Of a stretch of DNA of 64,000 nucleotides, positions 9,319 through 17,702 are shown in pieces (position 1 is the stretch's first letter; each line of letters begins with the position of its first letter). The notes under the pieces were generated by a model that worked only from the letters and a program-made list of their open reading frames with translations, made no database searches and was not told the origin of the DNA. This stretch comes from Candidatus Uhrbacteria bacterium (GTDB lineage Bacteria; Patescibacteriota; Patescibacteriia; JACQRZ01). Both the position numbers and the translations under genes were made by a program. The stretch is from contig JACQSC010000001.1 in NCBI GenBank assembly GCA_016206155.1, positions 5,105-69,104 on the forward strand, written 5' to 3'.

Positions 9319-10920
9319 ATGCTTACCCCCGAAGAACGAAAAAGAATAGAACCGTTTGTCACGAGCCTTGATGCCGATGTGTTTGGGTTTCAAAATCTAC
9401 CGTCGGTGATCTCTGGTGCGTTGTTTGGCCGCTATAGCCGGTCTGAGCTTGGCGCGCGTGAGCTTCTCTCTCGCGAGTTTCTCGGAGAAGGTCAGGAATT
9501 CCGCGATGCGCTCACCGGCGAACTCAATCTTGGCGGCATGAAGATTGATCCCGCAAAGGCAGAAGGTTTTTTTAGCCGTGTGCTTGACCAGTACGGCGAT
9601 GATTCCGTTGCAGAGCTTGGCGGTACGGCACTAGCGGTTGAGAATGTATCCAATGTTTTGGCAAAGATCATCGAAGATCGCCGCATCGGACTATCACCGC
9701 TCGAGAAGTCGTCGCGGTATGTGCGTTTTGACCGGAGGGATGAACAGGGGAATTATCCGTATGTCATTGATCCCGCTATTGATGCGGCTGGTTATGGTGA
9801 ACTGTATAGAACAACCATGAACATGCTTTTTGATACCTACAGCGCGCTTCTTGAGCCGTTGATGGAAGAGCTGAACGTTCGTTTTCCAAAAAAAGAGGAT
9901 CAAAGCGATGGCGCATACCGCGCAGCGCTGCGCGGACAGGCATGCGATGTTGTGCGGTATCTTCTACCGATGGGAACCAAGACAAATGTGGGATTGGTCG
10001 GGAACGGTCGCGCATTCGAATACCTGATGTATAATCTTCGCGCCAGCGGACTTGCGGAGGGAGCGCGTATAGCAAAAGAAATAGACGATGCGCTCGGATT
10101 TTTGATTCCGGCATTCGTCCGCCGAGCAAAGACCGATCGCGGGCAGGGGAATGTGGACTATCTCGCATCGCTTTTTCAAAAGCAAAAAGAGTTCTCCTCC
10201 CGAATCGCTACCAATACAATGAAGGAACGTGAACATGAGGCAACAGTCCGCCTTATCGAGTACGATCCGCAGGGAGAACTCAACGTTGCGGCCGCGCTAT
10301 GTTACGACCATTCCGACGGATCGTACATACAGACAAAAGAATTTTTTGAGCGAACACCGGAAAAGGCAAGCGATCTCATTGCCGATATTCTTTCACCGCG
10401 AAAACACCGGACACACAAGCCGCCGCGCGCTTTTGAGCATGCACGGTATCTTTTTGAAATTACCTGCGACATTGGGGCGTTCCGCGACCTGCATCGCCAT
10501 CGCATGCTGACTCAACAACGACAGCAATACACAACGCTTCACGGCTATGCGATACCTCAAGACATTAAAGATGCGGGAAAAGAAGGGGAGTACGCGAAAG
10601 CCATGGAGCGGGCGGCGGACGCATACGAGATAATTGGGCGCGACCTTCCACTTCAGGCGCAATACTGCGTGCCGTTCGGATTTCTCATTCGTTTCCTCTT
10701 CCGTCTTAACGCGCGCGAGGCGTACCACTTGTGCGAGTTGCGCAGTACGATTCAAGGCCATCCGAGCTATCGTTATGTGGCGCAAGAGATGGCGCGGGAG
10801 ATTGCGAAGGTGCATCCCAACCTCGGCAATGGCATGATGGTAACATGGGAAGGGTATGATGAGCTTGCCCGCGTCGCGTCCGAAATGCGTCAGGAACAAA
10901 AGGCTCGCGCGCGAAAATGA
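9319..10920 (+). CDS. thyX: Flavin-dependent thymidylate synthase, long tandem-domain form
   Basis: RYSRS, YGDDSVAEL, EKSSRYV, RDLHRHR and ELRS..QGH..YR motifs. Confidence 0.85.
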   Translation: MLTPEERKRIEPFVTSLDADVFGFQNLPSVISGALFGRYSRSELGARELLSREFLGEGQEFRDALTGELNLGGMKIDPAKAEGFFSRVLDQYGDDSVAELGGTALAVENVSNVLAKIIEDRRIGLSPLEKSSRYVRFDRRDEQGNYPYVIDPAIDAAGYGELYRTTMNMLFDTYSALLEPLMEELNVRFPKKEDQSDGAYRAALRGQACDVVRYLLPMGTKTNVGLVGNGRAFEYLMYNLRASGLAEGARIAKEIDDALGFLIPAFVRRAKTDRGQGNVDYLASLFQKQKEFSSRIATNTMKEREHEATVRLIEYDPQGELNVAAALCYDHSDGSYIQTKEFFERTPEKASDLIADILSPRKHRTHKPPRAFEHARYLFEITCDIGAFRDLHRHRMLTQQRQQYTTLHGYAIPQDIKDAGKEGEYAKAMERAADAYEIIGRDLPLQAQYCVPFGFLIRFLFRLNAREAYHLCELRSTIQGHPSYRYVAQEMAREIAKVHPNLGNGMMVTWEGYDELARVASEMRQEQKARARK

Positions 10921-10953
10921 AAAAAACAGGAAGTGCGGCGCTATGAGTTTGGG

Positions 10954-10990
10954 TTGACAAAAGAATAACTTTTGATATACTTAAGGTATA
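10954..10990 (+). promoter_or_regulatory. sigma70 promoter with overlapping near-palindromic operator for the TA operon
   Basis: TTGACA(10954)-N16-TATACT(10976); near-palindrome TATACTTAAGGTATA. Confidence 0.6.
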
Positions 10991-11011
10991 CTTATTTTAT
11001 AGAAAAAATCT

Positions 11012-11251
11012 ATGGAGCCAGCATTGATCGGCGTTAAGCATCTTCAAACACGTTTTAAGGATGTCGCGCGAGCCGCGCAGAAAGGCCAGTCCTTTCTTGT
11101 GATGAAGCACACGACGCCGCTTTTTCGTATTGAACCCGTGACAAAGAAGAAGGAACCACGCTATACCATAGACGACATTATGACCATTCGCTTTACGAGC
11201 CGTGATCGCAATTTAAGCAAAAAGATTGATACATATTTGTACAACGTATGA
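11012..11251 (+). CDS. Phd/YefM-like antitoxin
   Basis: 'IGVKHLQ..F..V.RAAQKGQSFLVMKH..PLFRIEP'; overlaps the PIN gene start. Confidence 0.7.
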   Translation: MEPALIGVKHLQTRFKDVARAAQKGQSFLVMKHTTPLFRIEPVTKKKEPRYTIDDIMTIRFTSRDRNLSKKIDTYLYNV

Positions 11252-11625
11252 CCGTGTTTGACTCCAATGTCTGGATTGCCGCATTTCACGAATCAGATAC
11301 GCTTCATTGTCGTGCGGTGGAAGCGCTCCGGGAACATAAGCCACCGTTTGGCGTTCCTGAATACGTGCTCCTTGAGGTTGCAACAATTCTTGCCAAAAAA
11401 GCAGGAATGGTGCATGCCAAGAGGTTTGTTGAGATGATGTTTGATAATCGCGATTGCACGATACTCATCACCGATGAATTATTCTGCCGTTCGGTCGCTC
11501 GCGCCTATATCAAAGAAGGAAAGGCGGAATTGTCCTTTGTTGACATGAGTCTTGTTGTGCTTGCGGCGCATCATCAGGTGATAACATTTGATGCGCACCT
11601 TGCCCGCCGTTTGCGAAAATTGTAA
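11248..11625 (+). CDS. vapC: PIN-domain (VapC-like) toxin
   Basis: FDSNVWIA, VLLE, LSFVD and ITFD acidic PIN residues. Confidence 0.85.
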   Translation: MTVFDSNVWIAAFHESDTLHCRAVEALREHKPPFGVPEYVLLEVATILAKKAGMVHAKRFVEMMFDNRDCTILITDELFCRSVARAYIKEGKAELSFVDMSLVVLAAHHQVITFDAHLARRLRKL

Positions 11626-11652
11626 CGTGTTGTAATTCTTAATAGGTGATCT

Positions 11653-12105
11653 ATGACCATCGAACTGACCCCCGCTCAATACGAAACTCTGCTCAAACTC
11701 GTCTATCTCGGTGAGTGGATGGCAAACGGCATCCGCACAGAAGAAGAACGCGACGAGAAGATCCATCAAGCTGCTCAGCACTTCTATTCCTATGCCGATG
11801 AGGCGGACGCCGGAGCGTTGATTGAGTATGACAAAGAGTACCATCAGTACGTTTCAACGCCGGCGCTGGATGACGATGCGGAGATTGTCCGTTTTCGCGA
11901 AGAGTATGACGATGAAGTATTTTGGGATGAATTGATAGAAAAGCTCGCGATGCGCGATTTTGCCAACCGATACGGCGAGGAACATTGGTTCTCCGGCGGC
12001 GTGCAAGACGGATCAGACATTCAAAGCGGCTTTATAAATAAATATGTCGACGAGTTTGAGGCTAACGGTATCGGCAACCTTATTATCAAGGGTGATGAAT
12101 TGTAA
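11653..12105 (+). CDS. Acidic hypothetical protein
   Basis: 150-aa ORF tightly packed in the operon. Confidence 0.7.
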   Translation: MTIELTPAQYETLLKLVYLGEWMANGIRTEEERDEKIHQAAQHFYSYADEADAGALIEYDKEYHQYVSTPALDDDAEIVRFREEYDDEVFWDELIEKLAMRDFANRYGEEHWFSGGVQDGSDIQSGFINKYVDEFEANGIGNLIIKGDEL

Positions 12106-12110
12106 AAGGT

Positions 12111-12587
12111 GTGATTGTTGTCCTGCACGATATTAGGAGCGCGCATAACGTCGGCTCGATTTTTCGCACAGCTGATGCGGCCGGCTTGTCGCGCCTGTAT
12201 CTCTGTGGCATTACACCAACACCGCGCGATCGGTTCTGGCGCGCGCAAACCGATATCGCAAAGGTCGCGCTTGGGGCAGAAGAATGGCTGCCGTGGGAAT
12301 ATGCAAAAAGCGCTGTTCGTCTTCTCACTCGATTGAAAAAAGAAGGATGCACGATTCTTGCGCTTGAGCAAAGCGCGCGCTCCATTCCTTATACACGCAT
12401 CCGCATCTCAAAAAAACAGTGGTCGCGGACGGTTCTGGTGCTGGGCAACGAAGTGACAGGGCTCTCGCGAACCATTCTTAACCGAGCCGACACGATTATC
12501 GAAATCCCGATGCATGGCCGCAAAGAGTCGCTCAACGTCGCCGTCGCGTTTGGGATTGCTGTATTCGCTTTGCAAAGGGCTTTGTGA
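12111..12587 (+). CDS. SpoU/TrmH family RNA methyltransferase
   Basis: HNVGSIFRTADA, LGNE..GL, IPMHG.KESLNVAVA. Confidence 0.9.
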   Translation: MIVVLHDIRSAHNVGSIFRTADAAGLSRLYLCGITPTPRDRFWRAQTDIAKVALGAEEWLPWEYAKSAVRLLTRLKKEGCTILALEQSARSIPYTRIRISKKQWSRTVLVLGNEVTGLSRTILNRADTIIEIPMHGRKESLNVAVAFGIAVFALQRAL

Positions 12588-12613
12588 GTGGTATATTAAC
12601 GACACGTGAATAT

Positions 12614-13945
12614 ATGAGAAAAATTGAAAAAATCGGTTTGAGTTTCGCAGTCATCATCGGAATTGGAGTCGGAGGTTTTTTTACGCTGCCATGGATTCTT
12701 GGATTGTTCACGAAAGACATCCCGCCCATTGACGATCATGATTTGCGATTGCAAAAAGTACTTCTCCTCGATTCGGAAAATGCGTACTTTGATCTCATCC
12801 GCGGGGGGAAGGCGCTATCGTTGACAAAGGAGGAAGAGCAATTTTTGACAGACGCAACTACGGGAAAGACATGGGACGATGCAAAAGCGACAACGATCCT
12901 TGAAAAGAATGCAACAGCACTTGCTTTTTTTACCGCAGCGGCAGAAAAGGCAGCATTCCAAGATGTTGCGATTGCCAACCCGGCAGATATAAGTTTTGAA
13001 ATTAAATCGCCAAATATTAATGATTGGCGTACTCTTACGCGCCTGAGCGCACTTCGCACACGTGTTTTCGTACGCGCAGGCAATGGGACGGAAGGGCTTG
13101 AGGAGATATTGCATTCTATTAGGATAAGTTCTGCAATCTTGCGCTCTCAATCAACACTGATTGAATATCTTGTTGCGCTTGGAATGAAGGAGATCGGCAT
13201 CAATACGGCGCGCGATATTGTGTCAAAAGAAACCGTCGATTCGACAAAGCTGAAGCAGATTGTTTCCGAACTTTCAAACTATTATGATAATGAGAAAGGA
13301 TTAGAGAGTGCGTTTAGGGGTGAGTATATGGGAACGGCGCAAATAATAGATCGTATGGCAACGGGCGATTTCGAGTCGTCGCGCGCTGTGTTTGATTCTC
13401 TTGGCGAGTCTAGCGACCCCGAGAGAGTGAACGAACCTTCCAAAAAAGTAATGAACTCATTCTATTTCCGACAAAATAAAAGCAAAAAAATACACGCGGA
13501 AATGATGCGCGCGTTTCTTTTGAATACCACAAAACCGTGTGGCATGCAGCAATTTCCAAAACCCGAGCAGTCAAACAATTCTTCTGTTGCCCTTTATTTT
13601 TCCGATAACGCAATTGGAAAACTTCTTACTGCGTTAGCCGTCGCTTCATACGAAAATGTATTTACAAAAAAATGTCAAGACGATCTGTTGGTTGGTGTGC
13701 TTCAGGCGACCCTCGCACTCAAGATGCATATCACTGCAATGGGTGCATATCCCGCTACTCTTTCAGAACTTGTCCCGCAATATTTTCCATCAGTGCCACT
13801 CGATCCATTTGACGGAAAGCCGCTTCGCTACTCACCGACAAAAAAAATTCTCTATTCTGTCGGAAAAGATTTGATTGATGAAGGCGGAAGCACTGGCGAT
13901 GATTGGAAAAAAATGAATGATCCAACGTTTCCGGTCGCATTCTGA
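12614..13945 (+). CDS. Membrane-anchored hypothetical protein with GspG/pseudopilin-like C-terminal motif
   Basis: N-terminal TM; C-terminal 'GAYPATLSELVPQY...PLDPFDGKPLRY...LYSVGKD..DEGG'. Confidence 0.6.
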   Translation: MRKIEKIGLSFAVIIGIGVGGFFTLPWILGLFTKDIPPIDDHDLRLQKVLLLDSENAYFDLIRGGKALSLTKEEEQFLTDATTGKTWDDAKATTILEKNATALAFFTAAAEKAAFQDVAIANPADISFEIKSPNINDWRTLTRLSALRTRVFVRAGNGTEGLEEILHSIRISSAILRSQSTLIEYLVALGMKEIGINTARDIVSKETVDSTKLKQIVSELSNYYDNEKGLESAFRGEYMGTAQIIDRMATGDFESSRAVFDSLGESSDPERVNEPSKKVMNSFYFRQNKSKKIHAEMMRAFLLNTTKPCGMQQFPKPEQSNNSSVALYFSDNAIGKLLTALAVASYENVFTKKCQDDLLVGVLQATLALKMHITAMGAYPATLSELVPQYFPSVPLDPFDGKPLRYSPTKKILYSVGKDLIDEGGSTGDDWKKMNDPTFPVAF

Positions 13946-13964
13946 TATAACCAGTTGAAAGGGC

Positions 13965-14558
13965 ATGCTTTTCTCTTCATTGAATTCAAAAAAACTTGTT
14001 TCATTGCTCAAAAGCGGCGCGATTGGCGTGATTCCCACCGATACGATCTATGGTATTTCCGCGTCAGTGAAAAAGCCAGAAACAATAGAGCGTCTGTACG
14101 ATATTCGCCTCCGCGACCGGTCAAAACCGTTTATCGTACTGATTGGGTCAGTAGATGATCTCGCTCTGTTTGATATTGCGCTGGAAGATTCTTTCAAGGC
14201 GACACTTATGCGCATATGGCCCGCGCCTGTGAGTATTGTTCTTCCCAGCAGCGATGATGCGCACGCTCACCTTCATCGCGGTACGCGCTCGCTCGCTTTT
14301 CGCGTGCCAGACGACGCGCGCCTACGAGCGTTGCTTAAAAAAACCGGACCGCTCATCACGACAAGCGCCAATCCCGAGGGGAAGAAACCGGCAACGACGA
14401 TAGCACAGGCACAGAACTATTTTGGTAACTCGCTCGACTTTTATGTTGATGCAGGAAAACGAAAAGGGAAGCCGTCAACGCTCCTGAGGCATGATGGCGC
14501 ATCGTTTACGGTTATTCGGCAGGGCACCTATCATCTTCCCGATTTGAAGGGTGTATAG
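13965..14558 (+). CDS. tsaC: L-threonylcarbamoyladenylate synthase (Sua5/YrdC)
   Basis: PTDTIYG, KPFIVL, AFRVP, TTSANP motifs. Confidence 0.9.
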   Translation: MLFSSLNSKKLVSLLKSGAIGVIPTDTIYGISASVKKPETIERLYDIRLRDRSKPFIVLIGSVDDLALFDIALEDSFKATLMRIWPAPVSIVLPSSDDAHAHLHRGTRSLAFRVPDDARLRALLKKTGPLITTSANPEGKKPATTIAQAQNYFGNSLDFYVDAGKRKGKPSTLLRHDGASFTVIRQGTYHLPDLKGV

Positions 14559-14607
14559 TATACTCACCAAAAGACAACGCACGCGGTTCGCGTGTATTTT
14601 TGATAGT

Positions 14608-15528
14608 ATGACGACGATCTACTACAAGAGCATCAAAGACAAGTCGCTTCGCACGCTTGAGACCGCGCGCGTTGGATGCTGGATTCATGTGGAGCAACCA
14701 ACCACCGCAGAGATTAAAAAAATTGCGGAGCAGTACGGCCTTGACGAGGGTCATTTGACGGATGCAATCGACCAGTACGAGGTGCCGCGCGTCGAGCGGG
14801 AAGGGGAGACGATTTACGTGTTTGTCCGCTATCCCACAAGTGATGGCGACGAAACACTGACCACGCCGATTCTCATCATCTTGTCGGAGAACATGCTTTT
14901 GACGGTGTGCCCAAAAGTGTTTCCGCAGCTCTCGCGTTTCATAAACGGCACGATCGAATTTTCTACGACGCAGAAAGTAAAACTTTTTTTGCTGCTGCTG
15001 CTTCAGATTTCCTCTGCCTATACATCATTTCTCAACCGCATTAACCGCGACATTCGCCGTCTTGGCATTCAGATTGAGCGGATCACAAGCAAAGAAATTC
15101 TCCAATTCGTTACGCTCGAGCGTATTGTGAGCGACTTTCTTTCAGCGCTCCTGCCTACGCACGGCATGCTCCAGAGCCTGCTTTCCGGAAAGATTTTTAA
15201 ACTTTATAAAGAGGACCAGGATCTTATCGAGGATATTTTTCTCAACAAAGGCCAGCTGATAGAAATGTGTCGCTCAAACATCAAGCTGATTGGAAACATC
15301 AGAAGCGCCTATTCCTCAATCATGTCGCACAACTTGAATCGGGTGATAAAGTTGCTCACGTCTTTGACGATTCTCGTCACAATTCCAACTATGGTTGCGA
15401 GCCTCTATGGTATGAACGTGCGTTTGCCGTTTGCAGATGCGCCGCATGCGTTCTGGGGCATTCTTATCTTTATCTTTGCAATTTCAACGCTCCTCACATT
15501 GGTGTTTGTCCGTAATCGTTGGTTGTGA
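14608..15528 (+). CDS. corA: CorA family Mg2+ transporter
   Basis: YGMNV signature and two C-terminal TM helices. Confidence 0.9.
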   Translation: MTTIYYKSIKDKSLRTLETARVGCWIHVEQPTTAEIKKIAEQYGLDEGHLTDAIDQYEVPRVEREGETIYVFVRYPTSDGDETLTTPILIILSENMLLTVCPKVFPQLSRFINGTIEFSTTQKVKLFLLLLLQISSAYTSFLNRINRDIRRLGIQIERITSKEILQFVTLERIVSDFLSALLPTHGMLQSLLSGKIFKLYKEDQDLIEDIFLNKGQLIEMCRSNIKLIGNIRSAYSSIMSHNLNRVIKLLTSLTILVTIPTMVASLYGMNVRLPFADAPHAFWGILIFIFAISTLLTLVFVRNRWL

Positions 15529-15588
15529 ATTGGTGGCCGTTTTGCCGTGTCACTTTACTTTTTTCTTTAAATATGTTTTAATAATACT

Positions 15589-15832
15589 AAGCGAGGCCAG
15601 TTCGCCTGTTTAGGTTATACCTGAAAAAGGCGACACTCGCGAAAATGTTTTTGCATGGGGCGGCTTTTGCTTCTGTTTCAAGACAAAAGCGGAGGTAGCA
15701 GTTGCCCTGTGCAATAAGGCCTGGGGAGAGGTTGAGGCGCCGAGCATCGCCTCCATTCCCCGGGACCGGGTCCGCCGCGCTACTTGCAAATCTCCAAGGG
15801 GTGAGTATGCGCTGGCGGACCCTTTTCTTTTT
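15589..15832 (+). ncRNA. Putative structured non-coding RNA
   Basis: Four consecutive stem-loops ending in GGGTCCGCC..GGCGGACCC + U-tract; AT-rich -10-like sequence upstream. Confidence 0.4.
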
Positions 15833-15847
15833 TCGTGAACACAAAGT

Positions 15848-15893
15848 TTATCCACAGATTTTAGATTGACGTGCGCAATTTTTGTGCTATATT
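15848..15893 (+). promoter_or_regulatory. DnaA-box consensus followed by sigma70 promoter
   Basis: TTATCCACA 15848-15856; TTGACG(15866)-N16-TATATT with extended TG. Confidence 0.55.
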
Positions 15894-15919
15894 AAACAAT
15901 AACCCTTTAATTAAAAGCT

Positions 15920-16042
15920 ATGCCCATGTCCGCAATCGTACAGATGATCAAAAAAATGAATCAGGAAGCCCGATGTTTCTTTATTATTGTTGTCCTCATG
16001 ATTATTCCTGCGAATGCCGGGTATGGTTTGACTGCGAGATAA
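15920..16042 (+). CDS. Putative attenuator leader peptide 1 (MPMSAIVQMIKKMNQEARCFFIIVVLMIIPANAGYGLTAR)
   Basis: Ungapped homologue of 17375-17491; 3' codons complementary to the downstream terminator stem. Confidence 0.7.
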   Translation: MPMSAIVQMIKKMNQEARCFFIIVVLMIIPANAGYGLTAR

Positions 16043-16073
16043 AGGAAGCAACAGAGATCAAAAAAAACCATTC

Positions 16074-16106
16074 AAAGCCCGGCAAACAAAGCCGGGTTTG
16101 TTCTTT
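16074..16106 (+). terminator. Conditional (attenuator) terminator
   Basis: AAAGCCCGGC-loop-GCCGGGTTT followed by GTTCTTT. Confidence 0.7.
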
Positions 16107-16254
16107 ACAAAAAATATTATTCCTCCTTTCAACTGTGTGCGTCGCCGGCTCGGAGGCGCGCGCAGAGAGAGGAGGAGCTGGTGAACCCCCCCTCTCGCAT
16201 CGTTGCAAAATTACTACGACCCCCGCCCCGAGGGGCGGAGAAAGGAGGTGCGCG

Positions 16255-16497
16255 TTGCTCGGACGCGCACAGGGAGTCACCACCCCCAACCTATTACGGG
16301 TTGGTGGATGGAACGTCAGAACGCTGGCGTTCCACATCGCCAACCGGCTTGGGCGCGGGGAGAGCGGGCAAGAAATTGTCCGCTCTCTCGAGGGGATCCT
16401 CGAGCCCGACCGAAAGGTCGCGCTCGAGGCCGCACTGAAGAAGTGCGGCCTGGATCCCAGCGGTGACCCGCTTGGAGGGTCACCGTCGTCCCGGTAG
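16255..16497 (+). CDS. 80-aa hypothetical protein downstream of attenuator 1
   Basis: AAAGGAGGTG SD 4 nt before TTG; followed by a GC hairpin at ~16503-16539. Confidence 0.5.
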   Translation: MLGRAQGVTTPNLLRVGGWNVRTLAFHIANRLGRGESGQEIVRSLEGILEPDRKVALEAALKKCGLDPSGDPLGGSPSSR

Positions 16498-16551
16498 AGC
16501 TCGGGCGGTCGCGCAGGTCTTTGTACCTGCCGGCCGCCCCCACTTGCTTGG

Positions 16552-17302
16552 AAACCGGTGTCAGGTCTGGTTTTTATATTCTTCGCGTGTATACTGATCA
16601 TATATGGGAAGATCACCTCGAATCCAAGCACCAGATATAACCTTTCATATTATCAACCGTGGTAATGGAAAAAATACTATCTTCCATTCGGATAAAGACT
16701 TTCATGAATACCTCGAACTACTGCAATGCTACCAAGAAAAATTTGATATGCGCATCTACCACTATGTCCTTATGTCGAATCATGTTCATATTCTCGTTGA
16801 GCCCTCAAAGGAAAACTCAATTTCAAAATTCATGCAAGGGCTGACACTGGCGCACACCATGCGTTTTAATATGCGATATCAGTCAGTTGGTCATGTCTGG
16901 CAGGGACGATTTAAGAGCATTCCTATCGAGACAGACATATATTTTCTTCAGTGCGGACGATACATTGAACTCAATCCTGTGAGAGCGGGAATCGTGTCCC
17001 ATCCATCACGATATCCGTGGAGTAGCTACCAGTTTTACGCTCAAGGAAAACAAAATAAGCTCCTGAACACCGACCCCTTCTATGATGAACTCGGAAGTTC
17101 GACGTCTCAACGGAGAGAGCGATACACGCAATATATCGAAGAAGAATTGCCCAACATACATGCCCGCTCAGCAATACGATTCTCACAAGATCTTGTTTAC
17201 GGGAGTGAATCCTTTGTCAATAAGCTAAAAAATGATTTCAACTACGAACCAACTCGAAGGAAAGGTGGGAGACCGAAAATAAACCAGACCTGACACCGGT
17301 TT
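16552..17302 (+). mobile_element. RAYT (IS200-like) element bounded by a 22-bp inverted repeat
   Basis: AAACCGGTGTCAGGTCTGGTTT (16552-16573) / AAACCAGACCTGACACCGGTTT (17281-17302). Confidence 0.75.
16604..17293 (+). CDS. REP-associated tyrosine transposase (Y1_Tnp, HUH)
   Basis: HIINRGN, YVLMSNHVH (HUH), VWQGRFKS, YIELNPVRAG, YPWSSY, C-terminal GGRPK. Confidence 0.9.
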   Translation: MGRSPRIQAPDITFHIINRGNGKNTIFHSDKDFHEYLELLQCYQEKFDMRIYHYVLMSNHVHILVEPSKENSISKFMQGLTLAHTMRFNMRYQSVGHVWQGRFKSIPIETDIYFLQCGRYIELNPVRAGIVSHPSRYPWSSYQFYAQGKQNKLLNTDPFYDELGSSTSQRRERYTQYIEEELPNIHARSAIRFSQDLVYGSESFVNKLKNDFNYEPTRRKGGRPKINQT

Positions 17303-17322
17303 TCCCGGTTTTCCAGTTTTGA

Positions 17323-17350
17323 TTGACACGAGTTTTTTTTGTGATATTGT
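17323..17350 (+). promoter_or_regulatory. sigma70 promoter for leader 2
   Basis: TTGACA-N16-TATTGT with extended TG; same layout as the 15866 promoter. Confidence 0.6.
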
Positions 17351-17374
17351 TAAATATATCCTTAACTAGATGCC

Positions 17375-17491
17375 ATGTCAGGAATAGCGCACATGATCAA
17401 TAACATGATTCAGGAAGCCAGCCGCTTCTTTGCTTTTGTTATTATTATGTTCCTCGGATCAAGTGCCGGGCATGGTTTGACTACGCGATAA
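17375..17491 (+). CDS. Putative attenuator leader peptide 2 (MSGIAHMINNMIQEASRFFAFVIIMFLGSSAGHGLTTR)
   Basis: 19/38 identities to leader 1 by hand alignment; same antiterminator sequence. Confidence 0.7.
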   Translation: MSGIAHMINNMIQEASRFFAFVIIMFLGSSAGHGLTTR

Positions 17492-17511
17492 AAAATACTA
17501 GAAATAAAACC

Positions 17512-17549
17512 AAAAGAACCCGGCCCCAAAAGCCGGGTTTGTTCTTTTT
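17512..17549 (+). terminator. Conditional (attenuator) terminator
   Basis: AACCCGGC-loop-GCCGGGTT followed by TGTTCTTTTT. Confidence 0.7.
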
Positions 17550-17702
17550 AAAGCACAAATTGCTCCCCCTTTTAAGTGTGAACACGGAAATTCGGCAGTC
17601 GTGTTTACAAAGAAAGGAGGAGAAACGGTGAATCTCCTTCCTTTCGCACCAGGCGACCCCTACCGCAATTTTTGCACATAAGGAAGAAGGAAGGAGGTGG
17701 GG

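Noticed and set aside
9319-10920. Double-length ThyX as a novelty
   Set aside because: Tandem-domain ThyX proteins are already known, so it is listed only as a feature.
15871-16497. 208-aa ORF from the ORF track
   Set aside because: Its 5' part runs through a promoter, the leader peptide (in another frame) and a terminator; only the part after the SD at 16241 is plausible.
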